DNA of 64,000 bases from assembly GCA_963762255.1 (NCBI GenBank), contig CAVXKA010000001.1, positions 64,001 through 128,000 on the forward strand, read 5' to 3'. Positions within the stretch are counted from its first letter, which is position 1. Every line of letters begins with the position of its first letter. The notes below the pieces were generated by a model. That model did not search any database. It was not told the DNA's origin and saw only the letters and a list, made by a program, of their open reading frames with translations. Shown here in pieces: positions 21,603 to 33,873 of this stretch. Both the position numbers and the translations under genes were made by a program. This stretch comes from Candidatus Eiseniibacteriota bacterium. Lineage in GTDB: Bacteria; Eisenbacteria; RBG-16-71-46; JABDJR01.

Positions 21603-24293
21603 TCAGGTCAATTGCTTGACCGCCAGCACGGTATCCTCATCGTCCTGGACCGTGGTGGCGAACCCAAGCCGCTCAAAGACGCGCCGCATCCGCGCGTTCC
21701 CGGTGGAGGTCTCGGCGATGATCCTCTTCACCCCCCAGTGCGCCGCAAGTTCCACGCAGTACTCGGTGAGGATCGTCCCCATTCCCTGACCCTGCCACGG
21801 ATCGGCCACCAGGACCGCGAAGTCGGCCGACTGGAGGTCGGGGTCGGCAACGAGCCGTCCCACGCCTGCCAGTTTGCGGTCCGCGCCTTCGCCGACCTCC
21901 ACCACGATGGCCAGTTCGCGATCGTAATCGATGTAGCAGTAGCGAACCGCGATCGGATGAACGTCCCACTGAATGAACCCGCGGAAGCGCGCGTAGATGC
22001 TCTCGCGGGAGCACGAGGCTAACATCTCCATCCAGCGCGGCTCGTCTTCGGGACGGATCGGGCGCATCGTGACCGCTTCCCCGTCGGCCAGGACCGCGGG
22101 TCTCACGTATTCCTCGGGATACGGCCGCAAAGCGAGATGGGCGTAAGGACGCGCCGGATCCCACACCACCGTTCGGTCGACCAGCACCCGCGCGTCCAGT
22201 GCGCAAGCGCCGCCCGGCCACACCAGAAGCGGGTTCACGTCCAACTCGCGAATCTCCGGGAAATCGGAGGCCAGATACGAGAAGCGGATGAGGATCTCGA
22301 TCAATCGCTCCAGATCGATCGCGGGCCGGTTGCGATATCCCTGGAGGAGGGGCCAGATGCGCAGCGACTCCAGCATTCGCCTCGCCAACCGCTCGTTGAG
22401 CGGGGGAAAGCCGAGGCTCGTATCGCGCAGCACCTCCGCCGTGATTCCGCCAAGTCCGGCCAGGATCACCGGTCCGAAGACGGGGTCGCGGCGCATGCCG
22501 AGAATGAGTTCGAGCGAGCCCTCCGCACGTACCATGGGCTGCACGGTGACCCCGTCGATGCGACCCGCGCCGGCGCCGCGCGCTCCCGCGATCAGCGCGT
22601 CGAAGGCCTCCCGCGCCGCGCGCTCCCCGCGCACGTCGAGGATCACGCCCCCCGCATCGCTCTTGTGAGTGATGTCGGGCGAGGCGATCTTCATCACCGC
22701 CGACGTGTCGAGTGCGCCGACCAGATCCGCCGCCTGGTCGGCGGTGCACGCGAGCCAGGTCTCGGCGACCGGGATACCGTAGAACTGGAGCAGCGACTTC
22801 GAGGCCGACTCGGAGAAAACGTCGCCTTCGCGGGCGAGCATGGCGGTGAATGCCGACCGCACCTCGTCCCGATCGACGGTGAAGTCGACGGGCACGTCAC
22901 GGGGGACCTCGTAGAGGATCTCGATGTTGCGCGCGTGCGAGGCCAGCGTCATGAACGCTTGCACCGCCTGCTCGGGCGTGGCGTAGGTGGCAACTCCCGC
23001 CCGATTGAGAAGATCGATCCCCTCGCGCATGCTCCGTCCCCCGAGCCACGCGGCCAGGATCGGCTTGTGCGACGATGCGGCGAGTTCGGCCAGCGATTTC
23101 GCCGCCTGGGTGGGCTTGGTCATGGCCTGCGGCGTGAGGATGACGAGAATCGCATCGACGCCGGAGTCGGCCAGCGTCACCTCGACCGCGCGCGCCATGC
23201 GCTTGGGGGGCGAGTCGCCGAGGACGTCCACAGGATTGCCGTGCGACCACGAGGGAGGCAGGAGTTCTTCCAGCGCCGCGAGCGTGGACGCGGAGAGCTG
23301 CGCCGGCGTCCCGCCCGCCGCCATCAGAGCGTCCAGCGCCATCACCCCGGGGCCGCCGGCGTTGGTGACGATGCCCAGTCGGTGCCCGCGCGGAGAGGGA
23401 TGGCGCGCGATCAATTCCGCGCAATCGAAGATGTCGCCGATCTCGTAGACGCGGGTGATCCCCGCCCGCTCGAAGGCGGCCTGGTAGATCGCGTCCTCCC
23501 CCGCCATGGCCCCGGTGTGGGAGCCGGCGGCCTTCGCCGATTCCTCGAAACGCCCCGCCTTGTACGCCACGATGGGCTTGGTCCGCGCGAACGCGCGCGC
23601 CGCGGAGAGGAACCGGCGCGCATCCTTGAGCGATTCCATGTAGAGCAGGATCGACGCGCACTCCTCGTTCTCGCCGAAGTAATCGATGAGATCGCCGAAG
23701 TCGACGTCGAGCATGTTCCCGACCGATACGAAGTGGGAAAAGCCGATGTTCTCGTCGAGCGCCCAGTCCAAGACAGAGGTGCAGAGCGCCCCCGACTGCG
23801 AGATGAACGCCACGTCCCCCTTCTGCGGGGCGGAAGCGGCGGAGGCGAAGCTGGCGTTGAGGCCAATATGCGGGACGAGGACGCCGAGGCAGTTGGGTCC
23901 CATGACGCGCATGCCGTCGAAGCGCGCGATCTCTGCGCGGAGTCTCTCCTCGAGCGCGACGCCGTCGGGACCCGCCTCGCGAAATCCCGCGGAGACGACG
24001 ATCACGCCGCGGATTCCCGCCTCACCGCAGTCGCGCACGACTTCCGGGACGGCGGCGGCGGCGGTGCAGATCACGGCGAGGTCGGGCACGCGGGGGAGTT
24101 CACCCACCTTGCGATAGCAGTGCACGCCCTGAGCCGCCTCGAGCGTGGCATGGACCGGGTAGACGACGCCTCGGTATCCCCCACCGATCAGGTTTCGCAG
24201 AACGGTCGAGCCGACGCTGCGCGGGTTTTCATTGGCGCCCAGCACCACGATGCGCTGGGGCTTGAAAATACGATCGAGGTTGTGAACATCCAC
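21603..24293 (-). CDS. Bifunctional acyl-CoA synthetase (NDP-forming)-like / GNAT protein lysine acetyltransferase (Pat/Pka type)
   Basis: CoA-binding domain GPNCLG, SQSGAL, GSHTGAMAG; ATP-grasp THKSDAGGV; C-terminal GNAT RPIRPEDE..IDYDRE..WQGQGMG. Confidence 0.92.
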   Translation of the reverse strand: MDVHNLDRIFKPQRIVVLGANENPRSVGSTVLRNLIGGGYRGVVYPVHATLEAAQGVHCYRKVGELPRVPDLAVICTAAAAVPEVVRDCGEAGIRGVIVVSAGFREAGPDGVALEERLRAEIARFDGMRVMGPNCLGVLVPHIGLNASFASAASAPQKGDVAFISQSGALCTSVLDWALDENIGFSHFVSVGNMLDVDFGDLIDYFGENEECASILLYMESLKDARRFLSAARAFARTKPIVAYKAGRFEESAKAAGSHTGAMAGEDAIYQAAFERAGITRVYEIGDIFDCAELIARHPSPRGHRLGIVTNAGGPGVMALDALMAAGGTPAQLSASTLAALEELLPPSWSHGNPVDVLGDSPPKRMARAVEVTLADSGVDAILVILTPQAMTKPTQAAKSLAELAASSHKPILAAWLGGRSMREGIDLLNRAGVATYATPEQAVQAFMTLASHARNIEILYEVPRDVPVDFTVDRDEVRSAFTAMLAREGDVFSESASKSLLQFYGIPVAETWLACTADQAADLVGALDTSAVMKIASPDITHKSDAGGVILDVRGERAAREAFDALIAGARGAGAGRIDGVTVQPMVRAEGSLELILGMRRDPVFGPVILAGLGGITAEVLRDTSLGFPPLNERLARRMLESLRIWPLLQGYRNRPAIDLERLIEILIRFSYLASDFPEIRELDVNPLLVWPGGACALDARVLVDRTVVWDPARPYAHLALRPYPEEYVRPAVLADGEAVTMRPIRPEDEPRWMEMLASCSRESIYARFRGFIQWDVHPIAVRYCYIDYDRELAIVVEVGEGADRKLAGVGRLVADPDLQSADFAVLVADPWQGQGMGTILTEYCVELAAHWGVKRIIAETSTGNARMRRVFERLGFATTVQDDEDTVLAVKQLT

Positions 24294-24777
24294 CGCCCGG
24301 TCCTCCTGGGGACCGAGCATAGCGCCGCCGCACCGCGAAGCGGACCGCGCTTTCCTGGATTCTGCGTTTCGCGATGCCCTCTCCGTTCCCGGCCCCCGAG
24401 GAGGAGGCCGCCGGCCTGGGGAGCCGGGAAGCGGAGCGGACACGTGCGCCGCCGATGTGAGGCCCGGGCGGCCCGAGCCCGAGGAGGGCAGTGGGCGCCG
24501 GGGCGGCCGGGCCACACCGCGATCCGGCCGCCGTGTTGCGTCTCGTGCTGCGATGTCGGGGCGACCGGTATCGCGTGGCGATGGGACGATGAGCAAGGAC
24601 GGGGCCAAGCGGTGCGCGCGCGTAACGCGTTGTCTCGTCGAGGCGACGCGACTCGACCGCGACGAGCGAGCGACGGGCGCCCGACTTTCGCCGACGAGGA
24701 CTCGTCGCCGGCCCGCCGCCGGCCGCGTGGTATTCTTGCCGGCGCCGTCACCTTAACCGCCCGCGCAAGGAGCCCGC

Positions 24778-25182
24778 ATGATCCGTCGACTCGACCACAT
24801 CGGCATCGCCGTCCGCGATCTGGAGGCCGCGGTGCGGATCTACACCGAGGGCCTCGGCCTCGCCTGCGACCATCGCGAAACGGTCGAGGATCAGCAGGTG
24901 CGGACCGCGTTCCTTCCCGTCGGCGAGACGCACGTGGAGCTGCTCGAATCGCTTTCCCCCGAAGGTCCCATCGGCCGCTTCATCGACAAGCGCGGCGAGG
25001 GCATCCACCACCTCTGCTTCGACGTTGCCGACATCCGCGAAGCGATGGCGGCTTGCGAGAAGGCGGGCCTCGTCCTCATCGACCGCGAGCCGCGCGTGGG
25101 GACGCACAACAAGTGGGTAGCGTTCGTCCACCCCAGGAGCACGCACGGCGTGCTCATCGAGTTGAGCCAGGACCGCGGATGA
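24778..25182 (+). CDS. mce: Methylmalonyl-CoA epimerase
   Basis: LDHIGIAV, ELLE, GEGIHHLC and FVHPRSTHGVLIEL motifs. Confidence 0.95.
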   Translation: MIRRLDHIGIAVRDLEAAVRIYTEGLGLACDHRETVEDQQVRTAFLPVGETHVELLESLSPEGPIGRFIDKRGEGIHHLCFDVADIREAMAACEKAGLVLIDREPRVGTHNKWVAFVHPRSTHGVLIELSQDRG

Positions 25183-26057
25183 CGGCCGAACGCGGCAAGG
25201 CGGTCCCGGACCGCGAGGTTCCCGATCACAGCAGCGCCGACCTGCACCGCGGCGGCATGTTCTCGCACCGCGGTCGGGTCGTGGCGATCACGGGCGGCGG
25301 CACGGGCATCGGCCTCGCCTCCGCGCGCGCGTTCGTGACGCAGGGCGCCCACGTCCTCATCTGCGGACGCCGCGAAGAGGTGCTGAAGCGCGCCGTGGTG
25401 GAGATCGCCGCCGAGGCCTCGGCGGGGCCCGCCCCCGTCGGTGTCACGCCGGGCACCATCGCCTCGCGCACCGCCGACGTCACCCGCTACGAAGAGCTGC
25501 TCGCCGTCGCCGACGATGCCCGGACGCGCTGGGGCGCGCTCAACGTCTGGATGAACGCCGCGGGAATCCTCGAACGCCGGTCGCTCCCCGAAGCGGACAC
25601 CGATCATCTCCGCCGCCTCTTCGAAACCAACGTCGCCGGCGTCTTCAACGGATGCCGCGTCGCGGTGGAGCGCATGCAGGAGACGGGAGGCGTGATCCTG
25701 AACGTCTCCTCATACCTCACACACCACGCGGGAGCGAGCGCCTCGCTCCCCGCCTACGCGGCCACCAAGGGCGCGGTGAGCGCGCTCACCCGTTCGCTCG
25801 CGGTGCGGCACGGGCCGGAGGGGATCCGCGTCAACGCGATCAGCCCGGCGCTCGTGCTCACGGATCTGAACCGCGAGATCTGGGACGGGCGCGAGGACCC
25901 GCAAGCGCATGTGCGGGCACTCGGCGAGCGCTACCCGCTTCGCCGCGTGGGCCGCCCCGAGGACGTGGCGGCGACCGCGGTGTTCCTGGCCAGCGACGAG
26001 GCGGGCTGGATCACCGGTCAGGAGATCTTCGTGGACGGGGGGATAAGCGCCGTATGA
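25179..26057 (+). CDS. SDR family oxidoreductase
   Basis: TGGGTGIG, NAAG, YAATK, IRVNAISP and ITGQEIFVDGG motifs. Confidence 0.92.
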   Translation: MTAERGKAVPDREVPDHSSADLHRGGMFSHRGRVVAITGGGTGIGLASARAFVTQGAHVLICGRREEVLKRAVVEIAAEASAGPAPVGVTPGTIASRTADVTRYEELLAVADDARTRWGALNVWMNAAGILERRSLPEADTDHLRRLFETNVAGVFNGCRVAVERMQETGGVILNVSSYLTHHAGASASLPAYAATKGAVSALTRSLAVRHGPEGIRVNAISPALVLTDLNREIWDGREDPQAHVRALGERYPLRRVGRPEDVAATAVFLASDEAGWITGQEIFVDGGISAV

Positions 26058-26497
26058 CACCGGTAACGGCATCGTGGCAGAGTGGCATGGAGTTCAGGGT
26101 CGACTTCCCCGAGGGCGAGACGATCACGCTGGCCAGCGTGCCGCTTCGCAAGCGGCCGGGGCCGGGGCCGTCCCCCATGCAGGCGGTGCTGGCCGCGCTG
26201 GCCGGGTGCACCGGCATGGATGTGGTGATGATCCTCACCAAGATGCGGAAAGAGCCGCAAGCGCTGCGCATCGAGGTGGCCGCGGTGCGCCGCGAGGAGG
26301 AGCCCCGCGTCTACACGCACATGACGCTCACCTATCACGTGGAGGGGACGGAGGTGGACGCGGCGTCGGTGCGGCGAGCGGTGGCGCTCTCGCAGGAGAA
26401 GTACTGCTCCGTATCGGCGATGCTGCGTCCCGCCGTCGCGCTCGACTACCGGATCGTGCTGAACGGCGTCGAAGTGGATCTCACCGCGGCGGATTGA
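26054..26497 (+). CDS. OsmC/YhfA family protein
   Basis: GPSPMQAVLAALAGCTGMDV...LSQEKYCSVSAML. Confidence 0.9.
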   Translation: MTPVTASWQSGMEFRVDFPEGETITLASVPLRKRPGPGPSPMQAVLAALAGCTGMDVVMILTKMRKEPQALRIEVAAVRREEEPRVYTHMTLTYHVEGTEVDAASVRRAVALSQEKYCSVSAMLRPAVALDYRIVLNGVEVDLTAAD

Positions 26498-26515
26498 CCG
26501 GGCGGCACGGAAGTC

Positions 26516-27655
26516 TTAGCTCTTCGCGTCCTTCCCCGGCACGTCGCGGCCCACCAACCCCTTCTCGTAGTCGCGGAAGAGGCGCCCCCAGTCGGTATCG
26601 TTCAGCGCGTGCTCGACGCGCCTGCGGCCGTGGACGGGGAACCAGTAGACGTCGTGGTAGAGCTTGGAGGCGGCATAGGACCACGGCACGATCGGGCTCC
26701 TGAGCAACAGTTTCTCCAGCGGCTTGAGCGGTCCGTGATAGATGGCCTTCTGTCCGCGCGAGGCAAAGGTGTCCTCGCCGCCGCGAAACCCGAAGTTGAT
26801 CTTCGAGAGATCCTCGCCGCGCACCTCGATGTCGCGCACATCCCCCGTGCCCAGGCCGGCTTCGTGGGCGAGCCGGATGAACTTGAGAGAGAGAGGATCG
26901 AACCCCATCATCTTCGCGCTGACCGCGTCGATCGCCACCTGGTCCGCGCTCGCCAGCATGTAGCCCTTCACATGCGGTCGGATCGCCCGAGGTCCCGGTC
27001 CGTCGCCGCAGAACGATCCGTCGGTCACCGCGAACACTCCGGGGTGGATGTCCTTCTGGATGCGAAGAAGGTCCACCAGCGTCTCGTGGATCACCGAGTG
27101 CGTCCAATGCCGGTTGAAGTGCAGGAGTCCCCCGAACGCGTTCTTCATGGCCCCGGTCATGGTGGTGAAGACGTGGGTCTTCACCGTGGGGAGGTGAATG
27201 ATGTTCTTCCCCACCAGGAACTTGGGGATGCGGATGCCGTCCTTCTCGAACACCTTATCGAGGACCAGGAGCTTGCCTTTCGGTTCGTACTGAACCCATT
27301 CCTGATCGGGATCGTTGAGAAACACCCGCCGCACGCCGTATTTGTCGCAGACCGGCTTGTGCTTGTTATGGATCTCTCCGACGCGCGAGTCCACCACCAC
27401 GGTATCGTTGTGCACGCCCCAGAGCTTCTCCGAGCGGAAGCCGTCCTCGAGCAGCGTACGCACGACCCCTTCGATCTGCCACGGCGTGGTGGACACTCCC
27501 GGCATATAGACATGCCACGACACGTTGATCTTGAGGCAGGTGTCGTGGACGGGATCCAGCACGTCGCGATAGCCCGCGTCCCGCATGGCCTTGCCGATGT
27601 CGCCCAGCACGGTCTCCGGGTTCGATTTGATGATCGTGACGATGCTCTTGGCCAT
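26516..27655 (-). CDS. DUF362 domain protein (putative Fe-S/metal-binding)
   Basis: LKINVSW, HLPTVKTH..TGAMKNAFGG, GDGPGP and DQVAIDA motifs. Confidence 0.85.
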   Translation of the reverse strand: MAKSIVTIIKSNPETVLGDIGKAMRDAGYRDVLDPVHDTCLKINVSWHVYMPGVSTTPWQIEGVVRTLLEDGFRSEKLWGVHNDTVVVDSRVGEIHNKHKPVCDKYGVRRVFLNDPDQEWVQYEPKGKLLVLDKVFEKDGIRIPKFLVGKNIIHLPTVKTHVFTTMTGAMKNAFGGLLHFNRHWTHSVIHETLVDLLRIQKDIHPGVFAVTDGSFCGDGPGPRAIRPHVKGYMLASADQVAIDAVSAKMMGFDPLSLKFIRLAHEAGLGTGDVRDIEVRGEDLSKINFGFRGGEDTFASRGQKAIYHGPLKPLEKLLLRSPIVPWSYAASKLYHDVYWFPVHGRRRVEHALNDTDWGRLFRDYEKGLVGRDVPGKDAKS

Positions 27656-27663
27656 GGTGTTCC

Positions 27664-28815
27664 TCAGATTCCGTGCTCGCGCAACCATGTGCGGGCAATG
27701 ACAAGCCGCTGGATCTCGCTCGTGCCTTCGTAGATCTCCGTCACGCGCGCGTCGCGGTAGTGCCGCTCGACGACGTAGTCCTCAGTATAGCCGTATCCGC
27801 CGTGAATCTGGATAGCGCGGTGAGCTATGAACGTAGCCGCCTCGGAGGCGTAGAGTTTCGCCATGGACGACTGGCGGGTGAACGGCTCTCCCGCGGCCTT
27901 CAGGGCCGCCGCGCGATAGACCAAGAGCCGCGCCGCGTCGAGTCGCGTCGCCATGTCGGCGATCATCCACTGGATGGCCTCGAACTCTGCGATGGGCTGC
28001 CCGAACGCCACCCGTTCCCGCGCATACTTCACCGAGCGCTCGAGCGCGCCCTGGGCGATGCCTACCGCCTGCGCACCGACCCCGATCCTCCCGCTGTCCA
28101 GCTCCGTCATCGCGATCTTGAAACCCATCCCCTCGCGGGCGAGGAGATTCTCCGCCGGGACCCGGCAATCGACAAGGGATAGGGAGACCGTCTCGCTGGC
28201 CTTGATCCCCATCTTCTTCTCCGGCTTGCCGATGGTGAGACCGGGTGTGCCCTTCTCCACGATGAAGGCGCTGATGCCGCGGTTGCCCGCCGAGGGATCG
28301 GTCTTCACGAAGATGATGAAGAGATCGGCCTGGGCACCGCTGGTGACCCAGTTCTTCTCGCCGTTGAGCACGTAGTGCGCGCCGTCGCGGAAGGCCGTGG
28401 TGTGCATGGCGGCTACATCGCTGCCGGCGCCCGGCTCGGAGAGGCTGAAGGCGGCGATCCAGTCCTGGGTCAACTGCGGCAGATACTTCCGCTTCTGCTC
28501 GTCCGTGCCGTGCTCGGCGATGAGCTGCACGCCGACCGAATTGTGCACCGAGACGATGATGCTCAAGGACGGCCAGATGCGGGCCAGCTCCTCCACCACG
28601 AGCACGTACGAGACGGGATCGAGGTCGATGCCGCCGTACGCCTCGGGACAGAGCATGCCGCCCAGCCCCAGTTCCTTCCACAGCCGCACGATGACTTCGC
28701 GCGGGTAGCGCGCCTCCCGTTCGTACTCGGAAACAAGTGGGGCCAGTTCCGACTCGGCAAACTCACGAATCGTATCGCGCAGGAGCTTCTGCTCCTCGGC
28801 AAGTCTAAAATCCAC
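27664..28815 (-). CDS. Acyl-CoA dehydrogenase (short/branched chain)
   Basis: FSLSEPGAGSD, LNGEKNWVTSG, KMGIKAS, QIHGGYGY and [10 protein letters not shown] motifs. Confidence 0.95.
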   Translation of the reverse strand: MDFRLAEEQKLLRDTIREFAESELAPLVSEYEREARYPREVIVRLWKELGLGGMLCPEAYGGIDLDPVSYVLVVEELARIWPSLSIIVSVHNSVGVQLIAEHGTDEQKRKYLPQLTQDWIAAFSLSEPGAGSDVAAMHTTAFRDGAHYVLNGEKNWVTSGAQADLFIIFVKTDPSAGNRGISAFIVEKGTPGLTIGKPEKKMGIKASETVSLSLVDCRVPAENLLAREGMGFKIAMTELDSGRIGVGAQAVGIAQGALERSVKYARERVAFGQPIAEFEAIQWMIADMATRLDAARLLVYRAAALKAAGEPFTRQSSMAKLYASEAATFIAHRAIQIHGGYGYTEDYVVERHYRDARVTEIYEGTSEIQRLVIARTWLREHGI

Positions 28816-28833
28816 AACCTCCCCCAATCCCCT

Positions 28834-29973
28834 CTAGTGCAACAAGTTTCGAGCCACCACCATTCGCTGGATCTCGCTGGTTCCCTCGTAAAGTTCGGTG
28901 ATCTTGGCGTCGCGGTAGTGCCGCTCCACCGCGTATTCGCGGACGTAGCCGTATCCGCCGTGGATCTGCACCGCGCGGTCGGCCACCACCACCGCGGTTC
29001 GCGACGCGGCGAGCTTTGCCATAGAGGCCTCGACCGAGTACCGGTCGCCGCTGTCCTTCTTCAACGCCGCGCGCCAGGTCAGAAGCCGCGCGGCATCGAT
29101 TTCGGTCACCGAGTCCGCGATCATCCACTGGATCGCCTGCAGATCGGCGATGGGCTTGCCGAAGGTGGTCCGCTCCTGGGCGTACTTGGTCGCTTCGTCC
29201 AGGGCGGCCTGGGCGATGCCGAGCGCCTGCGCCGCGATCCCGATCCGCCCGCCGTCGAGCGTGGCGAGCGCGATCTTGAACCCCTCGCCTTCCTTCCCCA
29301 GCAGGTTGCCAGCCGGCACCTTCACGTTGCTGAAGAAGAGCGTGCAGGTCGAGGAGGCGCGGATGCCCATTGTGTGCTCTTTGTGCCCCCGCGTGAGCCC
29401 GCCGCTCTCCGCCTCCACCAGGATCGCGCTGATCCCCTTGTGACCGGCGGAGGGATCGGTCTTGGCATAGACGATGTAATAGTCGGCTACCTGACCGTTG
29501 GTGATGAAGTTCTTCGTCCCGTTGAGGACGTAGTGATCCCCATCCCGCACGGCGGCCGTGCGCAGGTTCTGGGCATCCGAACCGGCTTCCGGCTCTGTCA
29601 GGCAGTAGGCGCCGAGCTTCTCCCCCCTGGCCAGAGGCTTGAGAAATTTCTCCTTCTGCTCATCCGTTCCGAACTTGGCGATCGGGTCGCACACGAGCGA
29701 GTTGTTCACCGACATGATCACGCCGGTGGAGGCGCAGGCCTTGGAGATCTCCTCCATGGCCAGCACGTAGGCGAGCGTGGAGAGACCGGCCCCCCCCCAT
29801 TGCTCCTCCACGCACATCCCCAGGAAGCCCAGCTCGGCGAGCTTCTTCACGTTGTCGTGCGGAAAGGCCATCGTCTCGTCGAAGTGGGCGGCCCGGGGAG
29901 CGATCTCCTTCACCGCCAGCTCGCGCGCCGCGTCCTGAATGAGTTTCTCGTCTTCGCTCAGCGTGAAGTCCAT
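28834..29973 (-). CDS. Acyl-CoA (butyryl-CoA-type) dehydrogenase
   Basis: [41 protein letters not shown] and [10 protein letters not shown] motifs. Confidence 0.95.
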   Translation of the reverse strand: MDFTLSEDEKLIQDAARELAVKEIAPRAAHFDETMAFPHDNVKKLAELGFLGMCVEEQWGGAGLSTLAYVLAMEEISKACASTGVIMSVNNSLVCDPIAKFGTDEQKEKFLKPLARGEKLGAYCLTEPEAGSDAQNLRTAAVRDGDHYVLNGTKNFITNGQVADYYIVYAKTDPSAGHKGISAILVEAESGGLTRGHKEHTMGIRASSTCTLFFSNVKVPAGNLLGKEGEGFKIALATLDGGRIGIAAQALGIAQAALDEATKYAQERTTFGKPIADLQAIQWMIADSVTEIDAARLLTWRAALKKDSGDRYSVEASMAKLAASRTAVVVADRAVQIHGGYGYVREYAVERHYRDAKITELYEGTSEIQRMVVARNLLH

Positions 29974-29984
29974 GCATCCTCCCC

Positions 29985-30848
29985 CTACGACCCGTACACG
30001 TAGAATCCGCGGCCGGACTTGCGCCCGAGGTGGCCGGCGCGGACCATCTTGCGCAGCAGCGGGCAAGGCCGGTACTTGTCGTCTCCCAATCCCTCGTGAA
30101 GCACGTTCATGATGGCGAGGCAGGTATCGAGACCGATGAGATCGGCCAGAGCGAGCGGCCCCATGGGATGGTTCATCCCGAGCTTCATGACCTCGTCGAC
30201 CGCTTCCGGCTTCGCGACCCCCTCCATCACGCAGAACACCGCCTCGTTGATCATCGGCATCAACACGCGGTTGGAGACGAAGCCGGGATAGTCGTTCACC
30301 TCGACCGGGGTCTTTCCCACCCGCTTGGCGGTGTCGACGGCCAGCGTGCGGGTCTCCTCCGAGGTCGCGAGCCCGCTGATGATCTCCACCAGTTGCATGA
30401 CCGGCACCGGGTTCATGAAGTGGATGCCGACCACGCGCTCCGGGCGCTTCGTCTGCGCCGCGATCTCGGTGATGGAGATCGACGAGGTGTTGCTGCCGAA
30501 CGGCACTTCCGGCGGGCAGATCGCGTCGAGCTTTCGGAAGAGCCCGAACTTGACCACCGGATCCTCGGTGATCGCCTCGATCACCAGATCCGCTTCGGCG
30601 GCCGTCTCCAACTCGGAACCGGTGGCGATGCGGCCGAGGGTGGACTTCATGTCCGCTTCGGTCAGCTTCCCCTTGGCTACGATTCGCCCCAGATTCTTCT
30701 CGATGGTGGTGAGCGCCCGGTGTAGGAGCGCGGGCTCCAGATCCACCAGCGTCACCTCGTATCCGCTCTGGGCGAAGACGTGGGCGATGCCGTTCCCCAT
30801 CGTGCCCGCCCCGATCACCGCCACACGCTTGACGTCGTTCGCTTGCAT
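29985..30848 (-). CDS. hbd: 3-hydroxybutyryl-CoA dehydrogenase
   Basis: [37 protein letters not shown] and HPMGPL motifs. Confidence 0.96.
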   Translation of the reverse strand: MQANDVKRVAVIGAGTMGNGIAHVFAQSGYEVTLVDLEPALLHRALTTIEKNLGRIVAKGKLTEADMKSTLGRIATGSELETAAEADLVIEAITEDPVVKFGLFRKLDAICPPEVPFGSNTSSISITEIAAQTKRPERVVGIHFMNPVPVMQLVEIISGLATSEETRTLAVDTAKRVGKTPVEVNDYPGFVSNRVLMPMINEAVFCVMEGVAKPEAVDEVMKLGMNHPMGPLALADLIGLDTCLAIMNVLHEGLGDDKYRPCPLLRKMVRAGHLGRKSGRGFYVYGS

Positions 30849-30860
30849 GACTTCCCCTCC

Positions 30861-32035
30861 CTACATCTCCACGGCCAGCGCCACCGCGTTGCCGCCCCCC
30901 AGACAGAGGGTGGCCATGCCCTTCTTCGCTCCGCGATCCTGCATCGCATAGAGCAGCGTGGTCAACACGCGCGCGCCGCTCGCGCCGATCGGGTGGCCGA
31001 GCGCCACCGCGCCGCCGTTCACGTTCACCCGGTTCCAATCCCAGCCGAGCTCACGGCCGTCCGCCAGCGCCTGAACGCTGAAGGCCTCGTTGGCCTCGAT
31101 CAGATCCCAGTGGTTGATGCCCACACCCATCTTCTTCATGAGCTTCTGCACCGCCACCACCGGCGCGTAGAACAGCCACTGCGGTTCGGTGCCGCCGGTC
31201 GTGTAATCCACGATGCGCGCGATCGGGGTCTTGCCCAACTCCTTCGCCCGCTTCTCGCTCATCACGACGAGCGCGCTCGCGCCGTCGTTGACGCTCGGCG
31301 CGTTGCCTGCGGTCACGGTGCCGTCCTTCTTGAAGGCCGGCTTGAGCCGTGCCAATCCTTCCAGCGTGGTGTCTTCGCGGGGACCCTCGTCGGTGTCCAC
31401 GACGAGGGCGGCCCCCTTGCGCTGCACCACCTCCACCGGGACGATCTCGGACTTGAACCTTCCTGCCTTGATCGCAGCCGACGCCTTTTGCTGGCTCCCG
31501 AGGGCGTACACGTCCTGATCTTCCCGGCTCACCTTGAACTTCTCGCCGATCAGCTCCGCCGCCACGCCCATGTGATAGTCGTTGTATACGTCGGTGAGGC
31601 CGTCGGCCACCATGCAGTCGATGAGCGTGCCGTGACCCAGCCGGTAGCCGTTGCGCGCACCGGGGAGAAGGTACGGCGCGTTCGACATGCTCTCCATGCC
31701 GCCGGCCACGAGCACGTCATGATCGCCGGCCTTGATAGCCTGTGCGGCGAGCATCACCGCCTTGAGCCCCGAGCCGCAGACCTTGTTCACGGTGAACGAC
31801 CCGATCTCGTCGGGAAGCCCGCCCCAGTGCGCGGCCTGCCGGGCGGGGTTCTGCCCCACGCCGGCCTGGAGCACGTTGCCCATGATGCACTCATCGACCT
31901 CCTTGGGATCGATGCCCGCCCGTTTCACCGCCTCGGCCACGACAAGCGCGCCGAGTCGCCCCGCGGGGAACGACGAAAGCCCGCCCATGAACTTGCCGAC
32001 GGGGGTCCGGCATGCGCTGACGATGACTGCCTGGT

Positions 32036-32039
<4 letters not shown>
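30861..32039 (-). CDS. Acetyl-CoA C-acetyltransferase (thiolase)
   Basis: [21 protein letters not shown] and LCLGGG motifs. Confidence 0.96.
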
Positions 32040-33192
<1,153 letters not shown>

Positions 33193-33196
<4 letters not shown>

Positions 33197-33873
33197 GACA
33201 CCTCCTCGTCAGGAAACTCCATCACCGGAACTTCGCCCTTCACGATGAGCTTGGGCTCGGTGGCTTTCTGGATATCCTCCACGCTGAACTCGGCTGCGCG
33301 CTCCACCAGCACGAGTCCTTCCGGCGTCACGTCGATCACCGCCATCTCGGTGATGATGCGGTCCACGACCTTGACCCCGGTCAGGGGCAGCGAGCAGCGG
33401 TTCACGATCTTGGCTTCGCCGTCCTTGGATGCGTGGGTCATGATGACCACCACGCGCCGAGCGCCCGCCACCAGATCCATGGCGCCGCCCATCCCTTTCA
33501 CCATCTTGCCGGGGATCATCCAGTTCGCCAGCGTTCCCTCTTTGTCCACTTGCAGCGCGCCGAGGATGCTCAGATCCACGTGCCCGCCGCGAATCATGGC
33601 GAAGGAATCGGCGGAGCTGAAGAACGAGGAGCCTGTCGCCGCGGTCACCGTCTGCTTGCCGGCGTTGATGAGGTCGGCGTCTTCTTCGCCGGCGCGCGGG
33701 AACGGACCGATGCCCAGGAGTCCGTTCTCGGACTGGAACGTGATCGTCATCCCCGGCGGGACATGGTTCGCGATCAGCGTGGGCATCCCGATTCCCAGGT
33801 TCACGTAGTACCCGTCGCGCAGCTCCTGCGCCGCCCTAAGGACGGGTCGTTCTTTGCTCGATACGCTTTTCAT
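33193..33873 (-). CDS. scoB: 3-oxoacid CoA-transferase subunit B
   Basis: VNLGIGMP, catalytic QSENG, MIRGGH and GMGGAMDL motifs. Confidence 0.95.

Noticed and set aside
22137-26057. 1306-aa plus-strand ORF
   Set aside because: Antisense shadow of the acetyltransferase gene joined in frame to the real SDR, which starts at 25179.
28834-31038. 734-aa ORF suggesting a fused acyl-CoA dehydrogenase
   Set aside because: The N-terminal half is an off-frame reading of hbd/thiolase; the real start is MDFTLSED at 29973.
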